From Octopus vulgaris (Eukaryota): a DNA stretch of 64,000 nt. Every line of letters begins with the position of its first letter. The first letter of the stretch is position 1. The stretch lies in NCBI GenBank assembly GCA_951406725.2, contig OX597815.1, positions 135,408,001-135,472,000 of the forward strand, in the 5' to 3' direction. Positions 51,601 through 64,000 of this stretch are shown piece by piece. The notes under the pieces are model-generated. The model did no database searches and was not told the origin of the DNA. It worked only from the letters and a program-made list of their open reading frames with translations. Both the position numbers and the translations under genes were made by a program.

Positions 51601-54141
51601 TATGTGTGTGTGTGTGTGTGGTCGTTGTAAAAGAGTATTACCATCATACAGGTAGTGTCATTCATTTCTAATATTCTACCAAACCATGCCATTGGTGTAA
51701 TATTACCACGTTTGGAAACAGGTGAAGGTTGGTTACAGGAGAGGCATCCAGTCACTGAACTTTATGCTATCCAACTCATGTAAGCATGGAAAAATGTATG
51801 CTGGAACGATGACAATATATATATATATATGTGTGTGTGTATATATGCGTGTGCGCGTGTATTATGTATGTATACACATATGAACGTATGCACACACTCA
51901 CGCAAACTATATGTGCATATATACACACTCACATATATATATATATATATAGACACTCATGCACATGATAATGTTGATAAAGATGATGATGGTATATATA
52001 CATGTGTGTATATATAACCCCATCACGCTGTTATCTTCATCATACCTCACCGCAATTAGTTTTGTTCCAACTCCCTCATTACCACAACAACTACTACCGT
52101 TTCTACAACAAACACCAGTAGCCTGTAACAACTATTGCTACTATTACTATTACCAACAACTGTATAACCACAACAATAACTACCAACAAGCACTCAAATT
52201 ACATTACCGATCGGAAACGTTATCCATGTAGGTCAATTCATCCACCAGACCAACATCATCATTATCATCATCATCATTATCATCTCCAACTTTATTTTTA
52301 TTATTGCCACTAACACCGCTTACTACCATAATCATTCTCGACATCACAGCCGCTACCATCACCACCATCACTACCATTACCATTATGACTAACATCACCG
52401 TTACTATCATCATAACCACCACCACCACCACCACTACCATTATTCCTATATGCTGAATATAGCAGCTAAATCTCATTCAAACTATGTACTGCCATCTTGT
52501 TAAAGCGAACTTTGTATAAAGTGGTCTTAGGGTCCATGCACTTAGAAATAATGCACGGTGGTTATAGTTGGAATTTGAGATCCCGAGTTCGCTCGACCAG
52601 GGTTGATAGGAGCTAAAGGGCAGCAACTCATTGCTTTCCGGCCAACAAGGGAACCCCTATGAGGTCGCACGCGTTCGGGAAATAACAAACAAATCTCCCT
52701 TTTGAGTAGACAGTATGCTCTGAAGATTTTAAGGACACACTGAATAATGTAGCCATACATTTAAGTAAGCCTGCCAAAAAAAGAAAAAAGTATGCTCATA
52801 ACGAGAGTATATTTGACCATAAATAAAACTCTGCCAAAATCGGGGGTTAAAATGGAACCTAAAAACTAACTACACACTTGCTTTCGTGTACAATTTCGCC
52901 CGCTACTATTTTACCGCCAACACACACCATCCCTCGATTATTCGCAACAAGAAACAACACCCACCGTACCCTTCCCCCTACCACCACCACTAACAGCTAG
53001 CGCCAACCCTTACAACTATGTTGTCACAGCAGCAACAACAAAAGCACCCCCCACCCACATCACCACCACCGCTATTAAAATTACATCGATATTATTCTAT
53101 CATCTGTCAGACCCACGGAGATTCAACGCATTCGCCAAACAGCTAGAAATAGCAGTCAAATTACTCCCCTCACTCACTACCGTGTATTTTTTTTTTTTTA
53201 AATGATACAGCGGATCATGTGGTCCTAGATACAGTGTATCTGAAGACTAATAAAAAAACGGCATGGTCATTCATGGCTAAAATGTATTTTTATTTTATCA
53301 TAAGTCTGCATGATCAAAGATAACCTGGGGCTAAAACACTATAACAGCCACTGACAGTACATCAACACAATCACTAACATTCACTATATTTACTATCAAT
53401 ATCACTAAACAACTATATGCTTTCACCAACACAAATATATACATTACCATAAACACTACGAACACCCCTCGCTACAACTATACTATACAACTACCATGGC
53501 TACTAAACTCGCTACAATTCCGACCACCACAAATTCTACTGGTAACACCGCCGTCACCATCTACAACTGCAACCGCTACACTAAACCACTAACACTTTCC
53601 ACCAGCACAGCCACCCGCCTTGACGTCACCATACAATGTCGTGGAAGATGTCAGCGGATAGATGTATCAAAAGTAGGAAAACAGAGCAATGAAAAGGTGT
53701 GGGTGGAGAGAACGTGTGTGTGTGTGTGTACGTGCGCGCGCGAGTGCGAGTGCGCGTGCGACGACAGAGAAAGAGTAAGAAATTAAAAACCCGCGTAACT
53801 CCTTTTCATTCTGACTCCCTCTTCCTCTCCGACACACATACACAAGGTGGACGCGCTGCCGTTAATTTGTCACTGTATAAAAACTGAGACACGCTTTCCA
53901 GTGTTTATGCTAGTTAATGTGGTTGAATCTTCATAAAGACCGCTCTCAACGCGCTACACATCTTCCCGTGACACACGCTCACTTGCGTTGCGTTTTTCAA
54001 CAGTATTGCGAAGGAGGTAGTCGAAAACTACGTCTTTGGAGTTGCTTCTGAACATTTCCATTTTACAAAAAGAGCTGTTTATTCACACTAGACATTTCTT
54101 TCATTATAGTTAGATGGTGGAGGGAAGTAGAAGTGAAAATG

Positions 54142-54556
54142 GGATCTTTTCGGTCTGAACGGCAGTTTTTTCTAGCGGTGTCATATGAAATTGTCACCCA
54201 TAATTATGACCCTAGTATCGATCTATTGCATTTCAATCTGTTTTAGGGTTAGGGGTGGGAGGAAGGGTATCTTTTTTTTCTTCAGAAATGTAAATAAACC
54301 CGATCTGTTTCTTAAACGAGGGACATGTTCATACGGCACAGAATGTTTTCACCTCAATAGACGTCATTGATTGGTTGAAATTGCAAAAAAAATGAAGAAA
54401 AATAACAACAAATATCTTAAAAACAATAGGATTTTCTCAATAAAGCCAAGAGAAAAAGATGTTTTATAAACACATTCTACCAGTATACGAAGTTTAAAAG
54501 TGTTTAGTTACGTGGAAATTATTTTAAAAAAACAGCCGTTCAAACCGAAAAGATCC
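54142..54556. mobile_element. MITE, inverted copy of 9851-10253
   Basis: Same TIRs and interior in reverse; flanks GTGAAAAT(G) / GTGAAAAT(C). Confidence 0.9.
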
Positions 54557-54711
54557 GTGAAAATCTACTACAGGCCCCTATATCACGATTAGAAATCATT
54601 GTATTGTACATTTGAAATTCTTTAATTTCTACTCCAGATTCGCATACATTGTACACATACGTGTGTTTGTTCTTTTTTTATTTTATCGTTTATGAGTTAA
54701 CAGTTTAAATG

Positions 54712-55565
54712 GACTGACTGTGCGGTAAGGAGTTTGTTACCCAACCACATGGTTCCGGGTTCAGTCCCACTGCGTGGCACCTTGAGCAAGTGTATTTTAA
54801 TGTAGCCTCGGCCAAACCAAAGCCTTGTCAGTGGATTTGGTAGACGGGCACTGAAAGAATCTTGTTGTATATATGTGTGTGTGTGTGTATTTGTCCACCA
54901 TCAACACTTGGAAAGCGGTGTTGGTGTGTTTACGTCCCTGTAGCTTAGCGGTTCGGCAAAAAAGAACCGATAGAATAAGTACCAGGCTTAAGAAAATAAA
55001 GTATTCGACTGGCAACAGTCTAATGACTGAAACAATATGTGTGTGTGTGTGTGTATGTATGTATACAGAAACTGAAAGAAGCCCGGCGTATATATAGGCG
55101 GAGTGGCTGTGTGGTAAGAAGTTTGCTTCCCAACCACGTAATTCTGGGTTCAATCCCATTGCGTGTATTTGCGTCTGTATTTGTTCCCTATCATCGCTTG
55201 ACAACCGATGTTGATGTGTTTACGTCCCCGTAACTCAGCAGTTGGGTAAAAGGGATAGACAGAATAAGAACCAAGCTTTTAAAAAATATACTAGGATCGA
55301 ATCATTTGACTTAACATTCCTCATGGCAGTGCCCCAGTATGACCGCAGTTTATTAACCGAAACAAGTAAAAGATAAAAAGAGATATGTGTATATATCATA
55401 TATACTCGTGTTTGTCACCCACCACCACTTAACAACTAGTGTTAGTTTGTTTACGTCCCGACAGAATAAGCACGCTTTAAAAAACATAAGTACTGGGGTC
55501 GATTCGTTCGACAAAAAACCCGTCAAGACAGCGCTCCAGCAGAGCCGTACTCAAATGACTGAACC
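54712..55565 (+). mobile_element. Tandem run of SINE B-G copies
   Basis: B heads near 54712 and 55097; G tails ending ...ATGACTGAAAC/ACCGAAACAAG near 55030, 55365 and 55560. Confidence 0.78.
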
Positions 55566-55667
55566 CCCCCCCCAAAAAAAAAGCTATATAAATGTGTGTA
55601 TGAATACATGTATTTATGTGTGTTTGTGAGTGCATGAAAGCCGCTTATTATAATCACGGATATTATT

Positions 55668-55880
55668 GGTTTCAAATTATAGCACAAGGCCAGCGATTTG
55701 GGGGACAGGGTAAGGCGATCACATCGCCCCCAGTACTCAACTGGTAATTATTTTATTGACTCCGAAAGGATGAAAGGCAAAGTCGACCTCGACGGAATTT
55801 GAAATCAGAACACGAAGAGCGGCAAAATGCCGCTAAACTTTTTGTCTGGCGTGCTGACGGTTCTGCTAGCTCGCCGCCTT
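55668..55880 (-). mobile_element. Family-A SINE
   Basis: Same diagnostic core as 21152-21369; head ends GCTCGCCGCCTT. Confidence 0.85.
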
Positions 55881-56045
55881 ATAACCACGGTTAATATTAT
55901 CAATGAATTTTCCAATCAAAAATATTTAAGAATAAAAAAAAAACATCTTAAAACAAAAATTCAGATATTGTTATATACTCTGCTTACTTCAGTCAGCTGG
56001 TCATTGTTTTGCATCCCAAATGTGTGTGTCAAATTAGTTGAATAG

Positions 56046-56297
56046 GTAAAGTTACCTTTTCGAGTCATGCTGACTCAGAAGGGCGGTTTTCCCGGTTACA
56101 TGGCGTATATATACCCTATCTAAACGGAACGCTAGTCCGTCGCAGGATTACTCATTTTTGTCAGCTGAGTGGAGTGGAGCAACGTGAAATGAAGTGTTTT
56201 GGTCAAGAACACAACACGTCGCCCGGTCGAGGAATCGAAACCACAGTCTTACGATCGTGAGTCCAACACACTAACCACTAAGCCACGCGCCTCCACA
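56046..56297 (-). mobile_element. SINE with family-C head/core and family-D-like tail
   Basis: Head GTGGAGGCGCGTGGCTTAGTGGTTAG...GGTTTCGATTCC; C core; tail CTGCGACGGACTAGCGTTCCG...ATGACTCGAAAAGG. Confidence 0.8.
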
Positions 56298-56539
56298 TAG
56301 GCTGAATAGGACATCGGGCGAAACTTGAAGCTTCAGTTCAAAGAAGTTTCGATTTCTTGATCGGGCGATGCATTGTGTTCTTGAGCAAAGCACTTCATTT
56401 CACTTTGCTCCAGTTCATTCAGCTAGCAAAAGAGAGTAATCCTATATCAGATCGGCGTCCCGTCCAGTGGGAGTGAGGAATATATGCGCCACAGAATCCG
56501 GTCTAATGAACCCATGGATCGGAAAGGTTCTTCGATCCT

Positions 56540-56583
<44 letters not shown>

Positions 56584-56586
<3 letters not shown>

Positions 56587-56733
56587 CTTGATCGACCAGT
56601 CCGTCAAGCGTCCATTTGACACCGCTGGTCACAGCACGCTGTCCACTCCTCCCCTGGATCGCGACCTTTCTCATCCACGCGATCCCAATCGTCCTCCCGA
56701 AATCGTAACTCCACCGTCGTGGAGGTCTTCCGA
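56584..56733 (-). mobile_element. Short 3' fragment of a second RTE-clade LINE inserted in (TA)n
   Basis: Reads IGRPPRRWSYDFGRTIGIAWMRK, the GRP..RW.D....G..W RTE C-terminal motif; CpG-rich; 3' end differs from the E module. Confidence 0.65.
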
Positions 56734-57075
56734 TATATATATATATATAAATATATATGTAGTGATGATGAATACCTGTCGTTTAATGATGACAGTTCAA
56801 TTGTTCGACCCACTGATTTACCTGCTCCTGTTACTGGCTGAGCCTTCCACAGATGTGTGTACCCTTCACATAATTCACAAGATGAATCAGCGTGATACAG
56901 AGTGTAACATGTCTATACATTTTAAATTACAGGTACAATCAACTCCACAATCTTTTGTGCGGTTTCTGGGTAGCACTTTGGTAGGAAATGACATTTGTCC
57001 AAAACGCTACGCGGTGGAATTGAACCCAGGATGTTGTGATTGCGAACCAAACTTCTAACCCATTCGGCCATATCC

Positions 57076-57113
<38 letters not shown>

Positions 57114-58779
57114 GCGTGCGTGCGTGTGTATATAGTGTGTATGCGCGTATGTATGTACAAAGACGTACACACACACACATACATACACACGCATGAAATG
57201 ATAACATTTTGCTTATAATAGCACTTGCTTATTGAAATTATATAAATTTCTAGAGAATAGAGAAATTGTGTAGACAAACTGTTTCGAGACAATTGGCATC
57301 AACTCCATATGAGAAGGGGAGATAATCTCAAGAACCAAAAATACACCAAAATTGATAAGCCATTAAAGAGAGTCTGTCTAAAAACAAGAGGACAGTTGTG
57401 GACAAGGCGTTATAAGCACAACGATTGCTTTATATCATCAGTAAACATTTAGATATGTATAAAAACGACCAAAACGAAAGTGAGCTAAGAAAAACAACCG
57501 ACGGTGGCCAGTGGTGTGTATTTGAACAAAACAGATAAGGGTATATTAAATAATGTACAAGATAAATTCATGATTTATTGAAATTATATTCACTTCCAAG
57601 GAGGTTAGAATAATTGCTTTGTGGCAATTGAGACAAACTCCAAGATAAATTATCGATTAATGTAATTATATCCATTTCCATAGAGGGTACACTCCAAATA
57701 TACAACTGCTTCTCTTAAAATACGGGAGGTTAGCAAGCATTACCGAGAATTTGTCTTGATTCCAGTATAAAAATCTCTATGTCAAAAAACAAAAGAGGAA
57801 CACTTCATTTATGGAATTTGAAAGGTTTCTTTTTTTTTGAGAAATATGAAAGGCTATATAGTTGATTGGAAATAGAAAAGAGAAGTCAGTAAAGGAGAAA
57901 GAATAAATCTTGTGATTGAACGTCGATGGAAGTTTTAGAGTTAACTGTATGAATTTGATTTTCTACATTTTCAGTATTCCTGGAGTTTGTCTTTTTTCGA
58001 TTAAAAAAACCCAAAAAACATTTGTGTACTATTAGCTGTATGGTGACTTTAATGGGAGAGTTAAAAGATAAGAAATGTATTAATAGCATTAATGAAATAT
58101 CAAATTAAAAATTATACTATATTAACTATGAGGAGCAAAAGATAAGATTACGGTGGGATTCAGAAATTTAGATATATTAAAAATAAAATTAATATATTTT
58201 AATTATGGTGGCAGTTATTTTGACGTGGATAGAGAATGTGAAGTGCAAACGTTGGAAGGGAGCAGAATTAAAATCAATGGTTTTGAGGAATAACTGATTA
58301 ATGTATGAACTAGCTTTTCTTGGAGATGTCGAAAAAATAATCACCATTCTTTTTTACCCACTAGGAACTGCTGATGTATAACAGCGACTTCCTAGCATTC
58401 CTTATCAGTTTAGTATTTAAACTGTTGTGATAAATTCCCCCCTCTCGGAGCTGATGTTTGGAACCTCGTGGGATTGTACGTCAATCCCCAATACCTCCAG
58501 GTTGCACAGAGATGACGGCTTAGCAATTTCATAAATCACAAATAACAACGCAACAGAATAGACAGATGTAGAAAGTACTTAACAGGAATATTCAAGGAGT
58601 TTGAAGCATAACTATTAGCATCAACTTAGCGATATAAAACTTATTGGATTGAACACTAGATTTTAGCACAAGCAAGTACTACTTCAAAAATAAAGCTAAA
58701 CGGGAATACTATGCATACACACACACACATATGTATACAATTCTACCCACTAACTAAACTAAGTAGGAGAGGTTCTGAT

Positions 58780-59100
58780 TTATCCTCATACTGAAAAACC
58801 TTTAACAGGGACGCCCCCAAGTATAACGACATGCAAACCAGCAGCCGTTTGACAGAGTTTCCACTATTCAAAAAGTATTCCTAACATACATAGAAGCAAC
58901 AGGAAGAGGAAGGTGAACTGTTTTTAATCTACCATATAACGTGATTGAAGTCACTAACGGTGCAAGGAACTTCTACTCGTGAGACAACAATTACCCTCCA
59001 AATCACAAATAAACAAACTCTTCAACATCAATAACGCTAAGATTAGCTATTCTTGCTTGGAAAATACTACTTCCCAGATCACGCACCTAGGCAATATCCA
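58780..59100 (+). mobile_element. Penelope-like element remnant (RT thumb to GIY-YIG linker)
   Basis: NRKRKVNCF/NLPYNVIEVTNGARNF...NYPPNHK...LFNINNAKISYSCLEN fits the PLE pattern RKR.I.WFNPPY....TN.G..F...HFP..H...IFN.N..K.SYSC..N. Confidence 0.75.
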
Positions 59101-59169
59101 CTCTAACAGCTAAAGCTTCTTGAAAAGAGAACAGAAAAACTAGTTGCAGCTTAGGGAGTGAGAGAGCTT

Positions 59170-59640
59170 GCAATCTATGCAGTGTACCAAGATAGTCTTT
59201 GCTTTTCTAATGGCCGATGTTGTGGTAGTAGATAAAAGCCTCTCGGTTTTTGGTTATAGTTACTTTTCTCCAAGTGTTTACAGGCAGTATTCCTCGCAGC
59301 TTTGAGGGAGAATGTTCTCTTTTTATTTTTATAAAGTCCGGCTCGAATTGATCTATGATTTAAGGTGTTCCAGCAGCACCCATTCTGTCTATTTTACCAA
59401 GTATAGTATATCTAGGACAATATTGTACAATACGTTAATACTTTTAAAAAGAGAGATTTTGCTGCTATTTTTTCATAGGTCGAGAGCGACCACGTAGTGG
59501 TTGTCTCATCAGTTGGTGCATATGAGGAATAATTTGGTTGTGGGAGTAATAATAGTATGGTTTCGAATGGGTGGGGAATGAAGCATATTTTCTGAAAGTC
59601 ATAGAAGGTACCCCGAAGAACAGATATCAAAGATTAAAGT
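59170..59640 (-). mobile_element. Possible decayed non-LTR RT fragment
   Basis: YVVALDL*K and LGKIDRMGAAG resemble RT motif A and the following helix; little else recoverable. Confidence 0.35.
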
Positions 59641-61989
59641 AAATTCAAAGAAATTTATAAAAAATTGCTTGCAGCTCCACGAAACAAAGACACAAAAGCT
59701 TTTAACATCAACTACACAGTATTCAGCAGCTGCATTAATATCTCATCTTGACAACTCTATGAAGGATGAGTCTAAGAAAGAGCATGGCCGCCACCACTAA
59801 CTCACTACTTACGACAATAATCAAATTACAGAATACATAAATGGTTATATAACAATTAGCAATGGCGGAAAGAAATCGATATTGCCATGAGGAATAACAT
59901 TCAAAGCAATTAAATAAACACACACCGCTTTAAAAAGACAAAAATAAAACAATAATTACTAGTGATCCAAGGCAGCGTTTACTTCTGCTGGAAGTAGCAG
60001 CCAAGTAATCTTAAAATAACAATCTACCAACATATAAATTGAATGAGACATAGGATATGTAACCTAAGGAATATAATATCAAGGGAAGAGTGGTAGTGGT
60101 TAGAATGCCTTAGATTGTGGGTTTGTTCAATCGAATTTGATATGGACCAACAAATTTCGTGTGCGTGTGTGTGCGCGTGCGTGAATGGAGATTTAATCAT
60201 CTGTAGATGTTATATAAATGATGCTTACAAGAATAGAGAAAGCAGGACAAATTATATCTGCTCAGTCAAAGATAATATGAAATAAAGTGACTGCTTCAAC
60301 TAAACTACAAGTACGTGAGGAAGGGCTCAATGTATAGATAAGCTCATCTTATACTCTGCAAAACCAAACGACAATATAGATGTGTCTGAAGAAACGATCT
60401 AAATAAACCCATTTGGAAAGGGTCATATCATTTAATTTCTACCAAGAAACAAGTCGGGACGGTAGAGCAAATATCAGCATTTGACCAATAAGGCATTAAC
60501 ACAGTTATGTAACAGTTGCTGTCGTTACAAAAAAAAAATGAAAAGAAAACAGCTCACAATCACGAATTTACTGACACCAATAAACGAAGTTACCACAAAT
60601 AATATACCCAAGGTGACCACCTGATACATCTCATTAAAAGCAACAGCTATACTGCTACTGAATGTCTTGAGTCTATTGCAACTAGTGAAAAATAGTCTTA
60701 CATGAAAGGCCTAAAAACTCAAAAGCTTGGACACCTGAAACTGAGGCATACGCTTGACACAGAATTATCAATAAGATGTAGAAATATGTTTAACAAAAAA
60801 TATTTTTCCAAACTGAAAAGAAAATAAGAAACCATTGTAGAGTTGACATACATGCACGCTCCTGAAGATGTCATATCTTTACATCTATTGTCACACAAAA
60901 ATACAATTTGTGATACACAACCGGCACATATAAGGGAAGCCAACGTAGGTATATGTAGAAGGATAATGGCCTCCCACAAGATGTATCAAATCATGGCCCA
61001 AGATCTGATTCGAGATACTGACCAAATTGGGGAGTAAAAAAGGTGGTATATTAAGAAAAATGAAACCAATTCAGAGTATATCTACCCATTCCTTTCAGAC
61101 AGCTTCAATCTTCCCAGACTCAAATTATCAGAGGGCCACATTAATCCGGAATACCGCAACTTAACAACACAGAAAGCGTTGGCTTTTCCTCACTAAAATG
61201 CTGTTCATGGATATATGGTCATCTACCTTAACAGAAGCATCTTGTTTCAAAAATAATGTAAAATTCTACCACACTGTGAAGGTAACACCTAGAATTCTTT
61301 TTTTTTTTTTCTTTTATAGATAATGTGAAATTCAACAGGTTTTAACTAACATTAGCTGTAGAATTAGTAAAAGTATGAAATTCGAAAGAACTTTTAGTTC
61401 GGTACATCACAAACCTATAACCCTGTCCAACCTGTATTTCTATAACCACTCACTAAAAATTAATTAAATGGGAAAAAGTGAGATCTGCAAGCTGAACTGG
61501 CACCAAATCTTCTCGGTATAAGGACAGTGACATAAAACTGATGCAATTTGTGTCAACAATGCAAGCCATGTGCATTAAATATGTCATGAAAGATCAAAGT
61601 TCACTAAATAACATTCCCAGAGACAGAAAAATTCTTATTAGACGAAAAACAGATCTCAAACTGATTAAATGGTCAAACCACCGACACAGTTAAAACATAG
61701 AAAGAATGTAATTAACAAAGATATAAAAAAAAGGATAAAATATTCCCACCAATATCTATACAATATAAAAATAAAAATATAAAAACTAACTCTTAAGTCT
61801 GTATATAATATACAGGCCTTAATACAGCTAGAAAACTATAATAAAATAACCACCATAGGACTGCAAAAATACCTACTTCAGAAGCAAGGAAAACTAATAC
61901 AAATAGCCACAAAACACGAGCAAAACAAAAAACTGTTTTCAGTATTTAAGGAAACTGACAAATACAAACAAAGAAGTCATACTACCTAA

Positions 61990-62945
61990 CAAATATGAAG
62001 GAGGAGGAGGAGGAGAAACAGCAAAAGCTATAAAACAAATGAAATCCAAACTAAAACTAGAACAGCAACGGGCCATGATAAAACGATGGCAAGAAAAGCC
62101 CCTTCATGGCAAATACTGGGCTAACTAAATGCAAAAGAAATAGACAAAAAATCTCAGCAATGGTTGAGAAGCTCAAGACTCAAAGCAGAACCTGAAGGAT
62201 TTTTAATTGCAGCACAAGACCAAAGCCTCCCCACCAGAAATTACCAAAAAACATATAATGAAAAGAAACATAACAAGTAGCTGCAGAATATGTGGAGATG
62301 GATAAGAAACAATAAATCATATTATCTTTGGCTGCCCAGTCCTGGCTAAGAAGGAGTGTATTCACAGACACGACAGGGTTGGGACCTACATACACTGGAA
62401 GTTATGCCAACACTATGGACTAACAACAGAAATAAGATGGTATAGGCACACGCCATAAAAGGTCACAGAAAACGAGAAAGCAACCATACTCTGGGATATG
62501 CCAATACACACAGATAGAGAAATTAAGCCCAATAGGTCAGATATAGTTGTCAGAGATCATGAAGAAGAAAAATGCTTTCTAATGGCTGTATCAACACCAG
62601 CAGATGACAACGTGTCTCTAAAAGAAATGGAGAAACTTTCAAAATACAAAGACCTGGAAATAGAGGTAGCTCGAATGTGGAATCTAAAAACAGAAACAAT
62701 TCCTATCTTAGTGGACGCATTAGGTATGATAAAAGAATATTCAGAAAAATACATAACAAAAACACCAAGACTTACAAATATATATGACATACAGAAAATT
62801 GCACTGCTGGGCACTGCACACATCCTACACAAAACACTTTCAATACAGTAACCATAAAAGCATCACAGCAAACCACAACACATACCCAAAGCACAGAGAG
62901 CTGCGCTCGGTAGTGAAGTGAATGTACGTTATAAAAATAAAACTA

Positions 62946-62949
<4 letters not shown>
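61990..62949 (+). mobile_element. R4/Dong-clade non-LTR retrotransposon, 5'-truncated and inactive (CCHC finger plus restriction-like endonuclease)
   Basis: WQEKPLHGKY, EGFLIAAQDQSLPTRNY, CRICGDG*ETINHIIFGC, HRHDRVG, LWDMPIHTD..IKPNRSDIVV, EKLSKYKDL, IQKIALLGTAHIL; internal stops; short 3' UTR followed by (TAA)n at 62950-62983. Confidence 0.92.
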
Positions 62950-62983
<34 letters not shown>

Positions 62984-62984
<1 letters not shown>

Positions 62985-63165
62985 CGTTTCAAATTTTGTC
63001 ACAAGGGCAGCAGTTTTGGAGGAGGGGATGAGTCGATTACATCGACCCCCAGTATTCAACTGGTACTTATTTTATCGACTCCGAAAGGATGAAGGGTAAA
63101 GTCGACTTCAGCGGAATTTGAACTCTGAACGTAGCGATGGGCAAAATGCTGCCAGCCCGTCGCCT
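62984..63165 (-). mobile_element. Family-A SINE whose tail is the (TAA)n/(TTA)n tract
   Basis: Diagnostic core; 3' end TGTGACAAAATTTGAAACG followed by (ATT)n on minus. Confidence 0.85.
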
Positions 63166-63755
63166 TAATAATAACGATGATGATGATGATGATAATAATA
63201 ATGATATTATTAATAACAACAACAACAACGTATACAGTGAGTTTCTTTGACCCAGGAGTCGGGAAGACACTCAGCAAGAAAAGGGGGAAGAATAAAGAGG
63301 AAAACTCATTAATGATAATAAAAATGGTTTCAAATTACATCGATCTCAGTCTTCAACTGGTACTTAATTTATCGACCTCGGCGGAATTTGAACTCAAAAT
63401 GGAGCAACGGGCGAATAATAATAATAATAATAACAACAACAATTAAAGACAGCGTCAGTGAACGTCTAAATAGCGTAATAGAGTAATTCTTTCAAGGAAG
63501 TAGCTTGCGTACAAGTGATCACTATAAATTAATATGAATATTGATTGAACAATTCAACAGTTTTTTCACGAGTGCAAATGTAAATGGATGAGTCAAATGA
63601 GCTTTCCCAACACTGCGACTCTGCAAAAGGAAAGAGGCAACCATCAATTACATCGATATTAATATATCTGCTGCCACACACAATCACGTTTCAGCAACAG
63701 TTCCCGATCGTTTCCTGACATATCTCCTAAAAACGCGCACGCGCGTGCGTGTGCT

Positions 63756-63787
<32 letters not shown>

Positions 63788-64000
63788 CATATAACGGCTC
63801 TACGTCTTCAGGTATTTTTTTAGTTAAAGGTTTCTTCGAAATTGCTAAGCACCTTAAAATACATACATAAAAATAAGTAACAGAAAGACGGCAAAATAAG
63901 TTCTATTTATAAAAGAGGAAGAAAAACAGATGTTAATCATTACAGACCTATCTTTCTGACTTCCCATATCAGCAAGGTCGTAGAATCAGATAATCAGAGA

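Noticed and set aside
59468-59515. Minus-strand CTGATGA followed by a hairpin and GAAA
   Set aside because: GAAA is displaced from the stem and there is no stem III or UH site; overlaps a probable RT remnant.

Overview
AT-rich eukaryotic, repeat-dominated DNA with no intact protein-coding gene, rRNA, true tRNA gene or CRISPR array that I can support. The SINE families, RTE LINEs and heavy (TA)n/(CA)n/(GATA)n load look like an octopus (cephalopod) intron or intergenic region; this is an inference, not a database match. Recognisable content: decayed non-LTR retrotransposons of four kinds (RTE, CR1-group, R4/Dong with restriction-like endonuclease, Penelope-like), dozens of tRNA-headed SINEs (my labels A, B-G, C, D; several with clean target-site duplications, TSDs), a headless repeat (F), piggyBac-, hAT- and Merlin/MULE-type MITEs, and long microsatellites that explain nearly all long ORFs in the track. 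Most interesting observations: a hammerhead-ribozyme-like motif (186-286, minus); a duplicated RTE junction bracketing an unexplained repeat-rich 1.5 kb insert; a modular, hypervariable RTE 3' UTR; a 73-bp inverted repeat; a miR-92-seed hairpin with a branched loop; a CR1 LINE/SINE shared tail; and a Dong element abutting the (TTA)n tail of a SINE. I see no convincing new multi-gene system. Boundaries of degenerate repeats are approximate.
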